Below, in pieces: positions 29,621 to 43,280 of a stretch of DNA of 64,000 bases. The DNA lies in the NCBI RefSeq assembly GCF_009914755.1, contig NC_060926.1; one strand, written 5' to 3'. The translations under genes were made by a program, and so were the position numbers. Position 1 is the first letter of the stretch. Each line of letters begins with the position of its first letter. The notes beneath the pieces are model-generated. The model was given only the letters and a program-made list of their open reading frames with translations. It did no database searches and was not told the DNA's origin. The stretch is from the human T2T-CHM13v2.0 reference genome, Homo sapiens.

Positions 29621-30445
29621 CTCCCTCCAATACCCCATCGGAATTGAAATCATTGCAATAGCCACTGCCAAGTACTTAACAATGGATATTTGATGGTGGT
29701 CCTTTAGGTCTGTACCAGGGTGGTTTTCAGTTTTTTACTTCATCAGCACAGGAAGGCAAGGACATCGCACTGACTCTCATATTTCATCCTTAGCTCTCGA
29801 TTCCCTTGGTTTTACATTTCTGACTCTTCCTTCAGTTTCTTGTAGGGCTTTATGATTTAATTTAATTTCAGCTTATGGCTGGCTTTGGTACCCAGAAGAG
29901 TGGTAATTTGTCCTTTAAATTATTCACCCAGGGGAGTCGGTGTTCTTAGAAAACGAGGCGGGGAGAACCTATAAGCTTCATCCCAGCAGAGGGACATATG
30001 ACACACACTGATGCCTCACTCACTTGTTCTTCTCCCACAATACCTTATCTCCCATGTTCAGCCTTGGTTCCTATAATACCTTGTATTTCTGCAGAGCTTT
30101 TCACATTAACAAATAAAGCAATTTACAGCATATTTATACACTGACTAGTGACTAATTATACACCTGCAAGCACTGCAATCATTCCAGACAAGCAACATTC
30201 CTCTACATTAGCTTCCCTGTAGGAAGGTGTCTTAGAGCTATTTGCAGAGAGAATTTGGGGCAACAGTCAGTCTCGGCTCTGACACTCAATTGTTGAATGT
30301 GGGGGCAGTTATATAATCTAGGATGCACCTCTAGACATTTTAGCTCGGAGCTGAGCTAGGGGCTAGAAAGATTACGAAAGAAAAGAAAGAGTGGATGAAT
30401 CTGACCCTAGTAGAACTCACTAAAATTGTTGATAAAACCAGGCAA

Positions 30446-30743
30446 GGCCAGGCACAGTGGCTCACGCATTTAATCCCAGCACTTTGGGAGGCCGAGGCGG
30501 GCAGATAATGAGGTCAGGAGATCGAGACCATCCTAGCCAACATGGTGAAATCCCATCTCTACTAATAATACAAAAATTAGCTAGGAGTGGTATCATGTGC
30601 CTGTAGTTCTAGCTACTTGGGAGGCCGAGGCAGGAGAATTGCTTGAACCAGGGAGTCAGAGGTTGCAGTGAGCCAAGATTGCACCACTGCACTCCAGCCT
30701 GGTGACAGAGCGAGACTCCGTCTAAAACACAAACAAAAAACCA
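30446..30743 (+). mobile_element. AluSc with target-site duplication AAAACCAGGCA
   Basis: gaggtcaggagatcgagaccatcc and cctggtgacagag diagnostics; TSD at 30434-30444 and 30744-30754. Confidence 0.92.
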
Positions 30744-31579
30744 AAAACCAGGCAGAAACATATGCAACAACTCACAAAGAAAACGACATTACAAAATCAC
30801 CTGCCAGGGTGTTTGGTATGTTTTAGGTGGAACTGAAGCACGGAATGGAGGAGACTATTGCAGTTGTCAATTAAAAAGATAAGAGATGAATATTGGTAAG
30901 AGCTACCATTTAATGAGTGCCTACTATGTATTTATATTTCCTCAATACCACTGTCATTTAATCCCCTCATAATCTCCAATTATCACATAAAATTAATTGA
31001 AGTTCAAAGATGTAAAATAATGTTCTCAAGATTAAACAGATATTAAGGGAGAGCAGGAATTAAAACCCAGGTCTGTCTGACTCTTAACCACTCCATTATA
31101 CCCTCTTCAGCCTAAGAAAGGGATGGCAAGCATTAACAAGATGCGAATATCTAGTGTGTAAAAGTGGATTGTACAGAGAGAATAAGAAAAGGATTAGTAG
31201 AATCCATTTAAAGGGGTGCTAAGAAAAGAAATTAAATATTTTCAAAGTTTAAGTTTTGGCAATACAGTGGGGTGGAAGCAATGGAGGAGCTCCTAAGAAA
31301 CTAATATGGGCTCAGAGGATGTTCTCTGATGAATTTAAACAGAAAATAGACAAGTAATCACATTTAAAGATAAAGTAGCAATATAAGCCTGTAAGAATAT
31401 TAGATGCTAATGTCCAGAATGTAAGTGAGCTATATGAAGAATGCTAAGTTAGTAAAAGGAAGCCTACACTTCTACGGAGAAGGGAGAACAAGTAACAAAT
31501 ATCTTTACTGCATGGAGCCTAGGCTCTGTTTGTTGGGCTCTGCTAATCCTAGTGTGGAGGCTTTAAAACTTGTCCGCAA

Positions 31580-31752
31580 ATGTTCTCACTCTCCTCTCAC
31601 TGAAAGGTGGAGTCCAGATCTCCTCTTTTCTCCTCTCTGGGATAATCTCAGTGACTGGTTGGCCAACACAGTATGGCAGAAGTGCCCATGTGTAACTTAA
31701 GAGGTGATACAGCTGCTACCTGGTTTGATACAAAGCAATGAATAACTGAAAC
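31580..31752 (+). mobile_element. MLT1-type LTR remnant
   Basis: gtgactggttggccaacacagtatggcagaagtg...gcaatgaataactgaaaca 3' LTR end. Confidence 0.5.
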
Positions 31753-32229
31753 ACCTGGTGAGAATGTCAGAGCAGAGAAAAGCACACATTTGCTGATGTG
31801 AGGCATTTACTCCTGGGAGACCGAAGAACAAATTCAAAGTGTGATAAGTATCAGGTCTAAGGAGTGAAGTAAGGATGAAAGATGAAAGTAAGTATTAAGG
31901 TCAGGCTGGAAACAGGTTAGGCTGTGGAGTGCAAGCATTCATGACTGCACACTACAAACAATACCAGTGTAATTGGGTCAGGACTGATGTGATGAGCCAT
32001 ACAGGGCGCATTTTTATGTGTGACACAGAAATATTCCCAAGGTCAAAGGAGCCTGGTAGTCCTAGACACTCACAATGTTAACAGATAACAGGAGGAAAGG
32101 AGAACTCCCTAACCGCTTTAATTCCTATTTTCTCTCCAGATGAACAATTGTCACATAGAGAAGGGCAACATTAACACTGGTTTTTAAAAAATAAGGTAGG
32201 TGAGGAATCTATAAGTAAGCACTGGCTAC

Positions 32230-33460
32230 TGAAGCTGTGTGTAAGTCTCACAACCTAGATGAGTTACGTTTCTCAGACACTAAAAGAACTTTAGGATAAA
32301 ACAGAACTCCTGTCAATCATCATGAAGAATCTTGAGAATTAGGGAATCCTGAAAATGGGTAAATGTCTTCTTCTAAAAACAGAGGTGAATCCTGTGAATG
32401 CTAGGTAGGTGGGCATCAGATCTGGGTTATCTTTCAGAACAAATCCTCAAAGAGATGATTTATAAGCCTCAGCAAAGGAGTCAGCATGAGTTAATGAAGA
32501 TGAAGTGGTTAACCTGAATTTCTATATGAATTTACCAATCTCTAATGACATGATTCTGAATACGAGCTGGGCACATAGTGAGAATGGCTGTAGGCAAATA
32601 ATGATTTCTGATGAATGGATTTATGTTAACCAAAAGGCACACCTCCAGAGTCCACCACAGGCCCCTGTCCTTAGTGTTGCATTATCGAAAATGTTTATTA
32701 CAAATAAGGTTCTGATGGCAGGATGGCGTGCTGACGCAGGTTGCAATGCGCACTATTATACTGAATGCTGGAATCTGTACCAAAAGTATCTTGATAGGTA
32801 GTAACTATGGACATGTTTTAAAAAGGAGAAATTCAACAGGGAAGCCCTTTTGTTTAGGACCTAGCCTTCACTCCCAATAGAAAAAAAAATCCAAATGCCC
32901 CCAAAGTTTTACCCCAACAATAAAAGAACAGGATAGAAAGAATATGGTTTGTGCGCATGGAAAGGATTTAAGAGTTGTCTAAATTTAACAGCTCTATACG
33001 ACTTAATAGTGGGATGTGGCTGACAAAAATGCTACTGTGATGGGATGTTATGTTAAAAGAAGTATATAGAACAAAAGATGTGATGGTGCAGCTCTGGTGT
33101 TTGTTCTGAAAGTGGTCCTGTGAAGGGATAGTGACAGACTGAAGCATATCCAGAAGAAAGCAACTACTATGGTTAAGGGATGGAGAACAAGTCATATGGA
33201 AAATGACTAAAGAAATTGGGTATATTTAGACATGACAAGGATCTTCGGGGAGCATGGAGCAGGAAGCAGATTTAACAATTTAAAGGCTGGCACACAGAAT
33301 TGAGTGGCAATGTGTGGGAGCCATAAAGAAGCTGGAGAGACTTGAACCCTAGGAAAAACTCTCTTGTACCTGGACCTATGCAAAGATAAAAGCAGTTTCC
33401 TCAAGAGGTGAGGAATTCCCAAACTGAAGGCATTCAACAGACATAGGAAGGTCATTTGTC
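32230..33460 (+). mobile_element. Ancient L3/CR1 LINE remnant (degenerate RT-region and 3' end)
   Basis: CR1-like segments: cacaggcccctgtccttag; ctgaagcatatccagaagaaagcaac...atggttaagggatggagaac...ctaaagaaattgggtatatttag. Confidence 0.6.
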
Positions 33461-36139
33461 AAAGATAATATTAAAGCGAATAAGAATAAATCTGCAAAAC
33501 TATGACCTTTTACCACTACTTTATCACACTTACTCCTTACAACAGGAGGCACTTGTATGATGAAGAAATTGAAGAACAGAGAAATAACTTGTCCAAGAAT
33601 ATGCAGCTGGTAGTGGAGAGCACAGCCTGCAAGGCAGATATGCCTTATTCTAAACAGTGCACATGCCCCAGGCTTCCTCAAATAAAACTGAGCTCTTATT
33701 TCCAGGAGAGGACACTGGATCAATCTCCAAAAGGAGAAATGGGATCCACTGAAGCTAGAGTAGCTAATACATCCTCTGAGAATATTAAACATCACCAGGA
33801 GTCTTCAGGCCATTGATGAGCTACACATACTGTTTCTCAGTTTGGAATGGCTTTTCTGATGATGGTTCTATTACAGCTCAATACCAAAATTAATTTTATA
33901 AATCTAAGATCTGCTTCTTAAAGTTCTTTCAGTTTTCTCCAATCATTACCAAAGTATTAATTCCTAGCCTTTAAAAAAAGTAATGCTTCTCAAATTCCAA
34001 GAGTATTAAATTTAAAATCATTTCACATAATTTCTTTACTTTGATGGGAAATTCTTTTGATGGTTTTTGGTTTTGGCAAGTCTCAATCCCAGAACAAATC
34101 TAAATTCAAGTCCTTGAGTTTCTATAGTGTGTTTTATGTCTGTTACATGAGCTAGCTTTATACATATTTCTTTTGGGTAAGTTTAATTATTGGATCATCG
34201 TGTCCTTCATCTGCTATCAAATGAAACCCTCTGCTTTTGTGAACCAATGCATATAAATGTATACATACATATAATTAGCAAGTCAGAGGAAATTCTCTGC
34301 TACTTCCATCAGTGTCTTATAAAAATAATATACACTCTTAGACAACCATGAGTCTAGCTTAAGTTCAGTTAGAGATAAGAATACATACATTGTCTTCGGG
34401 AGGGACCTAACATTATATAAACCCCATTATGTGTGAGTTCAGTTTGAATGGCGTGTCCCAGAGATGAAACAACAGTACGGTGAATTAGCAGGACAAAAAT
34501 CTTTTAGAGAACACCTTGTTATGTTTTCTGACCTCAAATTGTATGGGCCCTTGTAATAATTAATAGCTAGTGTCGCTTTTATATTCTGGGTCTCTATCAT
34601 TGCCTCTGTGACAAAGAGTTTATAGTCTGTAATCTTTCCAGTTGTCTTCTCACTCTGATGTTTTACACCTCAGTAGCTTTGTCTTAGAGGTGTATTTTGC
34701 ATTTGCTTGCTCATCCATAGTGACCTCGCTTGGGCTTTGTTTAGTTTATTTGTTGCCTGATGATACATACCAAGCCTTACAGCGACCATTTGACTTTATA
34801 TACATTCAATTTATTGACTTTAGGTGTCATTGCTTCTGTACAGACCCATCCAAAAATGCCCCCAAAGTGCTATGCCACTAAAAGATAAATGTCCTCATTC
34901 TCCTTTTTTGGAGCTGTTGATGTGCAAACCTCCCCCTGCCCCCTACCATCCACCTCAATATTGATGACATTATACATCCATTTCAAGATGTCCTTTACAT
35001 TACTATACTTTTAAGCTTACTTACTTTATGCTTTTCTTCACAGTGAGTTTGCAAATATTTTGCTTTTATGATGTATATGAGCTTAAGCCTAAGAATTCTC
35101 TCTCTAGTTTTATGTTTAGAACATTGTAACTTTTTTAGGTTTAAGTAATATTATGATCAAAATAATTTAAGTCAGTATGAGGGGTACATAAAAATTATTT
35201 GTGTGAAAACATTGTTCTAGGATATTCCTATTACATTTCTGAATGCATCATATAGCATTATTCTTAAATATTTAGCCAATATTTAAAATTGGTTTGCATT
35301 CTCTGGCTATGTCTCATCTATTACATTTGCTATGTGGCCAAGGAAAGCCTGGAAAGTATTAAAAACTCATCATGGATAATCATGAATTGATTGTGTTTAA
35401 TACCACTGTAGATAAAAAATAGCTTTATTGACATATTCAAGTATGGCAATGTCAGGGTTTTTCTTTTCTTTCTCGTATCTCTATTGTCTTTTAAAAAATT
35501 CCAAACACAGCATACGCTTTATGCAAGGCATGTTTTCAACTACCTCCTATTAAGTCAATAATTCCAGATCTTCATTTCTAGACCAATTTGGGGATTCAAA
35601 CTCCAGATGCACATTTCCACTGCTCTACTGGACATTTTTACCCGAATGTTCAACAAGTATTTCAAACTCACTCAACCTGAAATTCAATTCTTGTACTCTT
35701 GTTCTAGATCAATGATGTTACTTTCACTCAGTCTCTCAGGCTCAAAACTTTGAAATCAACTTCCACCTTCTTTTCTTCACTCCTAACATTAGCAGTTATC
35801 AAGTCCTGATGATTCTTTGTATCCTCTGCCATTGCCTTTGTTAAGTTTGCACCACCTCTCAGCAGACAATCGCACTAGCTGCCCACGTAGATTCCCTGTC
35901 ATCAGTTGCCTACATCAATCTAGCTTAAAATAGGAAAAATATATCTGATCTCATTGAGAGTTCTCAGTTGACTTGCTTCTGTAGAGGTGGGCTGACCTAA
36001 CTTCTGCATTTCCAGGCTGTGAATTTATTGATGGCAAGAGATCTGTCTTATTCATTGTTGTGTCTCAGTGTTTAACAGAGTTCCCACATGTAACTGCTGC
36101 TTACTACGTGCTTGTGAATGTTGACAGGGCACTAGTGAG

Positions 36140-36440
36140 TGACTAAGAGCATAGGGTTTAGAATCCAATAGATCTAGGTTCAATTTCTGCCTTCTCTGCC
36201 ACTTAGCTATGAAGTGACCTTGGACTGATTAACACTAAGTCAGTGATTCTCAACGCTCAGGTGGGGCTCGGGCACTAGAACTTTTAATAAATCTATGGGT
36301 GATCCTAATATGCAGCCAAAGTTAAGAATCACTGCTTTTAGCCTTAATTTCTCATCTGCTATTTGGTATCTATTTCAAATGGGTTTTGAGCATGTGAAAT
36401 GAGATTTAACTTAGCACAGTGCCTGGCACACAGAAAGTGA
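36140..36440 (+). mobile_element. MIR with nested MER5A-like fragment (~36241-36335)
   Basis: MIR core gtgaccttgg ... ctcatctg interrupted by cagtgattctcaac...tcctaatatgcagccaaagttaagaatcactg. Confidence 0.6.
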
Positions 36441-38610
36441 TTACCATCAATCATGATGTTAAAATACAACTTCAATTTGCAATTTTCTTTTCAATTGCTA
36501 CCCCCAGCTCTGCCTTTCTTTCAATTCCCAGAATGCACCAAGTTTTTCAGCTTTTGTGCCCTCACACCTGTTCTTCATCCTGCTCTTAGCAGATCCCTCT
36601 CAATCTTCAGCTCACGCATGGTCTCCAGGTATTCCCCTTTATTCTCCATCACAATATGGAGATGTTCCATCTTCATGGCACTTGTCTCAGTTTGTAATTA
36701 CATATGAATTCCACCATTTACTGTGTTTCCCCCACAGGACTCTAGCTTCACAAAGGAATGTGGCTTGTCTGTATTGATTTCCTCCTAAAGTCCAGTGCCA
36801 AGTGTCTGGTACCTGCCAGGTGCTCAGGTGATAGCTGGCTTAGTAAATAATCCATTCTGATCTCTCAAAAAAGCAAAATTCCTTGACTTTCTATGTCCCT
36901 CAAACATATTTCACATCAAAACACCGTAACAAAAACCAAAACCAAAAAAGTAGAATGGTCTGTAGTGTGTGGGGTTCTAGCTACTGAATAGGAAAATTGC
37001 AATAGTAAAAAAATTATCTTGGATGTTTTTAATTTGGGTAATGTTTCCAAGTCCAAGGTTCTTAGAGGCTTACTGAATGGCTTAGTCATCAACCTGTAGG
37101 CAATAATTAATGTGACTCCTACAATATCTCACTCCAACAAAGTCAATAAACTTTTGTGGGTGTTTGTATTAGCTAAGTAAAGGGCTTTTTGTTTTCTAAC
37201 TTATCTTTGATCTTCTTGGTTGGGAGACCAAACAACATATAAAGCTAATGGAAAAAACCTTTCTTGAGGTCAAGAATTATCAAATTGTTGATACTTCTAC
37301 CTATAAAAAAGACCTCAGAAATCATCTAAACCAATCTCTCATTTTACAGATGAAAAGAAGAAAGCCTAAAAAAATGAATTTATTGCAAGTGATTACACGC
37401 ATACTGTCTTAGTGCTAAAATACAATCCAGGTTTCAAGGATCATTCACCAGCGTTCCATTGACCACATTACACCAACTTCAAAATAACTCAGTTGTTATG
37501 ATTTCTTGATGTTCTTAACCAATTTATATTCTGGCATCAATTAATTTAGGATTTCCATGTTTCCATAACAAAAATTTAGTCCAAATTCATGAGCCTGATG
37601 TTTAGAACTCACATGTCTCACCATACCTCTTTGTACATGCCAGACTCTGCAATCTGTTTCATGTTTTTCCAACTCTGAGCTTCCACCAGAATGCACAGGC
37701 TAACCATATCTGCATATTTACCCTCAACGCCCACTGAAAGACCACATCTTCCATGAAAACTTTCCTCAAATCTGGTCAAAGAAGACAATGGCCTTTTGTA
37801 TTTCTCCTAGGGATTTTATATTCCTCCTTGTACTGCAGTAGGAGTAACTGCATTAGATATAGGAACCTTGGAACTGGTGCTATATGGTTTTTGCTTTTTA
37901 GGTTCTGTCACTACTTGCAATTAATACATATTTAAACGAAAATAAATGCCCCTCTAGGTTACAATGTTCCATAAGGATTTTCTTGAAGGCAATTTCTAAG
38001 TGTCTGAAAAAAGCTCGGTTGGAGTAGACATGAACTGGACATACAGGACTTGTATTGCTTTAAGGAAATACATGATGTCAGAACATTTTCAAATTATTGT
38101 CTCTTTTCTGAATGCTTTCTCTATTCTTTTAAAAATCATCGTCCATTCTGTATAATTGGCCCAGATCTTTCTTACTGGTAGTGTAAAAACTTACAGGAGT
38201 GAAATTTGAAAGCTACAGAAAACATTAGAGAAAACACTAAGATATAGGAAATGTTAGAGAAGCATCATGCAAATACTTGCCTAGAAACATTTTGTTGGAA
38301 TTCAGATTCTTTTTCAATTTTCAGAAGTAAATGTAGATAAAAAGGTCAAAAAACAAAAATCCATCTTATCGTTTATCAGTTCAAAGTAAATGAAAGGAGT
38401 TTACCATCTGACAGTCCTTTGGAAAACTATTATGCAATTACTCTCGGCCCAGATTTCATCTAGAACATTCAAGTCCATTGTAATCTTACCACATCCATAC
38501 ACGTTTTGGGTTAAGCCACCTCCAAATGGAATAGCTCAATAACTAATACACTCAAGAGAGATTATTTTTTCTCTCTTTTTAAAAAGAGTTGCTTAAAAAA
38601 AACAAATTCA

Positions 38611-38915
<305 letters not shown>

Positions 38916-39329
38916 TCAGAATAGGGAAGCAACTCCTCCTTATGACGAGTACCTTTCGGCACTTATATGGGCTTGCTTTTGCATTGATGGCACCTCTTTC
39001 ATTCAAAAAAAAAAGTTCGCTTGCACAATCTGCAAAGATCTGTTTGGCTTGGTTTCATGTTCTAAAAGTATGGTTTTAGATTAAATGAAAAATAATACTT
39101 CTGAAAAATAAGCGGTTATAAGGTTTTTAAGTTTTCTTTATGTTGGTGTAAACTTATAAAGCCCTTCCTATGAAAACTGTCCCCCAAATCACATTACTTG
39201 GTCGTCCTCGAGGAACGATTTTGAATGAAAAGCACATAAAGTGCTGTAGCATGGAGACGAGAGACAAATAACTATGCCCTTCTCCCAAAATAAGTTATGA
39301 CTTACTAGGGGAGGAAAAGGAGCAAAGAG

Positions 39330-40100
39330 TATAAAGCCCGGTCCTCTGCGGGAAGTACCCGGAGGCCTGCCCCGGAACGCGCTCCTTTCGGCTACGAGAT
39401 GAGGGGCACGCAGACGGACGCGCCCCTCGGTGAGTGTGCGTGTATCAGTGCATGATTCCTTTACTCCGCCCACAGGGTCTGGGCATCCGTCATTACCTAC
39501 GGCTGCCTGGTCAGCAAACAACAGCAGATCCGACAACCGCCAGTCACCTCGACGGTCCACGCCCACCGCTAGCCTCCAGTTTCCCGCAGACCGGAAGCCC
39601 TTTTGCCCCGGCTCGCAGGTCCACGTCTTATTGACAGCAGGAACCGGAAGCTCTTCTGCCCCGATCGCCTGCGCGCGGCCTCGTTGGCCGCACAGGCGCA
39701 GTGGAGCTCGGGCGGAGTTGTGGGAGTGGAGGAGGAAGAGGCGGTAGGGGGTACGGGGGCTGGTCCCAGAAGATGGCGGAGGCGGGGGTGAGTTGGGGGT
39801 CTCCCGGCGAAGCGCGGGTGACGTGGTGCTGAGGAAAGCGGCCTGAGGAGGAGGGTGGCCCTTGGGAAGAAGAACTACTTGTGTTTTTGCAGCCTGGGAA
39901 CCCTGGTGGCAGGTGCGGGGAGCCAGGACCACTGATGGGCCTGCAGGGCAAGGGGCTCCGCTTACCTGAGAGGGGTCCGCAAGGTCCAGAAGGGGACTGC
40001 GGGATCGGGGAGGGGGTATAGGAGGGGTCGAGGCTCCCCGGACAGTGGATGAGTGTCTGAGCGGGAAGAAGGCTGGAGGACGGCGAGAAGGGCGACCCAA
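39330..40100 (+). promoter_or_regulatory. INSIG2: CpG island / INSIG2 promoter with Ets sites (CCGGAAG 39591-39597, 39644-39650), GC box (GGGCGGAG 39710-39717), HRE-like CACGT (39622-39626) and YY1-like AAGATGGCGG (39770-39779)
   Basis: Abrupt GC- and CpG-rich segment in an AT-rich background. Motifs read directly from the sequence. It lies upstream of a strong donor. Confidence 0.88.
39700..39787 (+). other. INSIG2: INSIG2 non-coding exon 1 (5'UTR); start approximate
   Basis: Ends at GGG|GTGAGT donor (GT 39788-39789) inside the CpG island and splices to the acceptor at 47590. Confidence 0.8.
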
Positions 40101-42019
40101 TGGTCTGATGAGGTGGAGGTCAGCGAGCTGTCAAGCATAGAGCTGCCAGGACTTGGGGGCTTGTAGCCTGGGAGAGAAGACTCAGACTTGGGCGGGGATT
40201 GGATCCAAAGAAGACAGGTTGTCGTAGTAAGTTTATAATCCACTAAGGAGATAGGGCATTGGGTTGAGGAGTAATACTCTGGCATTTTTGACTGGAATTG
40301 GTTACCTATGGAATAGGTGTTTCGGTAAAGCCAAATAATTCTTGCCAGGGCCTAGAAGTGGATTTGATGATAATTACTAGATTTTAGGGTTGCTTAGTGG
40401 GGATTGGCAATATGGAGAAGGAAAGCAGTGTGGATTATGGGAGTGGGCGCGGGCAATGGCGCTAACACTTAAGTGATAATGACCCATGTCCAGTTAACGT
40501 TGGAAAAAGTTGTTAAAGTATGATATTAGCTAGATGCTCTAGGAAAATATACCACGAAGAACTTGCTGTTTTGTAGGATTGATGAAGAAATGCTTTAAAA
40601 AGGAATGGTTAGGCTTGGCAGCTGGGCCACTGAAACTGTTTGGTATCAGTATTGCGGTGGAGCTGAGGACTGCAGGGGAATGCGTGCTCCCGTCCTGGTG
40701 CAGAAAAAATAAAAGCAGCCAGACAGTAGCTAGATGGTGTTTTGTAACTTTTGGGTTTGGCCCTGATAGTGAACCACTGAATGAAGATGGATGAAGGGAA
40801 TGCTACTAATGGGGGCCCCAAAGAAAACAAAAATCAGACGTGTGCTCTTCCTGTTTTCTGTCTTTCATTCTTTCCCTGTACTTTGTGCTCAGTACTGTGT
40901 TTTGTCATTGTGTTATGTCGTAGTTCTCAGTTCACATCTGCTGTACAGTGACCAAGCTGTGAATCATGTCCACTCGGGAAAGAGGTTGATTCTGTTTAAC
41001 TGACAACTGTTGCTTTTGCAGATGGTCACACGGAAAAGGAAAGAATAAAATGCAGTTCAGTAGTTTAAAGAGTTTTCTTTGTTCTCAGAAACTTATCTCG
41101 AAACGATGGAGTAACTTTTTTAGGCACTGAGATGTGACATTTAAAACCTGTAAGGGGCTGTAAATGCAGCTAACTTACTGGTTTCTATGTTTGGGTTTTA
41201 ATGTTGAGAGGAAAGAGTTGCAGTGTTTATAAGGCAAATATTGCTTTTCTTCCTAGAAATTTTTAACGTCTCTAGCCCATGATACATGTAGATGTGTTTT
41301 TATTTAGGGAGCATTAAACTGTTGCATTGATTTAAGTCTGTTTTTTTCTAATGTTAGTGCTTATTCTATTTCAAGAATGCTATTCTAATTAAGAGAGCAT
41401 ATGATGAAAAATATGTGAGGTAGTAATTTAACTTTATTATTTAGTAGCTTACGTGACCTAAGCACCTGAAGAGACAGGGTTATCTGAGGGAGTAAAAATA
41501 CTTCTTTTACGGCTAATCATTGGAAGAGGAATGGTCTTGTCATTTGGTTTTAGGGGGTGTTGCAGTTGTTACAATGCAACAGGTTCTTAAGGTTACTAGA
41601 AGATTTTGTATGTGTGTTTGTTTTCAAATGCTTGTTGCCTCTAAGTTGTTTCAGTGGCCAACATGAACCTTGATTTTTATTCACGAAGCTCATAATCACT
41701 TATAACTCTTTTTTAACCTGAAAGTAATAATATCAATCCATTAATAGGCAGCCATACACCTGGAATAATGTTTTTCCAGTATTGATGATTCATCATTGAT
41801 CTATGCAAATTATTTCAACTTTTTTTCTTTTTGTTTAGTATTGTACTTTCCAGAAATTTTAGGCCAGGGCTCAGCGTAGAATTTTTCAAGTCTGGTGGAA
41901 AGTTTTTCTTTGTGAATTGTTGAAAACATTATTTTGGTATTAATAGTAGTTTACCAACATGATTTTAAAAACGGTTTCTTGTGTGGCACTTAAATTGTTT
42001 TGTACCATGTTTGTGAATG

Positions 42020-42200
42020 GAAGCAGTGTGGTGAAGCAGGAAGAACTCCGGACATGGGGTCAGAGTGGGTGAGCCTAGTCCTGGTGCTACCTGGTAACAG
42101 TTCTGTGATCTTGGAAAGTTACTTAACCTATTTTATTTTGTAAAATGGAAACTAACAACACCTGCCTATTTACCAAGATTGTTTTCGAGAATCTATTGAC
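42020..42200 (+). mobile_element. MIR fragment
   Basis: gaagcagtgtggtg...tgtgatcttggaaagttacttaacct...tgtaaaatgg. Confidence 0.65.
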
Positions 42201-43114
42201 ATATTGTCCTTTAAACAGTATCTTTATACCAGAGACTTTTTCCCTGGTCAGCAAATTATTTGTCAAGTAATCTAAATTTTTCAAATATAGATTTTTAAAA
42301 AAAATTTTGGAGCATCAAGTTTATCATTAATGTAAGACTAATATTTAAAGATATAGATCCACTTTGTTTTAAGAAAATGGTATCAGTACAAAATCAGAAA
42401 AACAAACTTCAAAGTAAACTAAGGGAGCTTACTTTCCCTTGAAAATAACCCACTCCTCTGACTCCTCTAGTGTGCAACTGATATTATAAACATGCTTTTA
42501 AAGGAATTTCATTGTTGCATGGTAGGGGGTGAAATGGTTTTGTGGACGCCTCTATCCCTTTGATGAGTCTGGTCATTTTCTGGCATTCACTATACACGTT
42601 TGTGGTAATAAGAACTGATGGTACTGTCTTAATCTTGTTAATCCAGTTGACTACTTTGCATGTCATTGGCCTTGCTAATAGAGTGAGAGAATTGTTAGAT
42701 TACTGATTCTTTACTTTGTTTGGATCATGGACTTTTTTGAGTACTTTATATAAATTATGGAACTTTCATCCCAGAAAAAAATGCATATATATACAACTTT
42801 TTTGTTTTGTTTCGCATGGGGGTCTCATACCCCTTGGAATAGATGATTTCCCAGTTCCCTGCTATTTCTTAAAGCTTTTATTTTTTGTCACCAGTAATTA
42901 TATACTATTGTATTATGATGTAGTTACAAAATTAGCTTTTTGAATCTCATTCAAATAAATGTCAAGCAAATGTGTTATTTTTAAGGAAAACTTTTGGGGC
43001 GAAGTAGAAAACTAAACAAGCACTGCCAGGAAAGGTTAAATAAGCAGCTGTGGTAGAAAACATAAATAAACAGAAAGTCTCTAGCTGTCTTGAAATAGAA
43101 TGAAGTCTGTAGCA

Positions 43115-43280
43115 ATCAGTGGCTCTCATTGTGGGGACAGTTTTGGTTATCACAAATAGGGGAGGGGGCATTTAGTGGGTGGGAGCCAGGGATGCTAAAT
43201 GTTTTGCAATGCTTAGAACAGTCTCACACAGCAAATAATTGTCCTGCCTAAAATATCAGTGCCCTTTGACAAATGCTGGT
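43115..43280. mobile_element. MER20-like hAT DNA transposon fragment
   Basis: ggcatttagtgggtgggagccagggatgctaaatg...acagtctcacacagcaaataattgtcctgcc. Confidence 0.55.

Noticed and set aside
39189-40100. 303-aa minus-strand ORF and other ORFs over the promoter
   Set aside because: Non-ATG start, Pro/Arg/Ser-rich, no recognisable domain; expected from stop-codon depletion in a CpG island.
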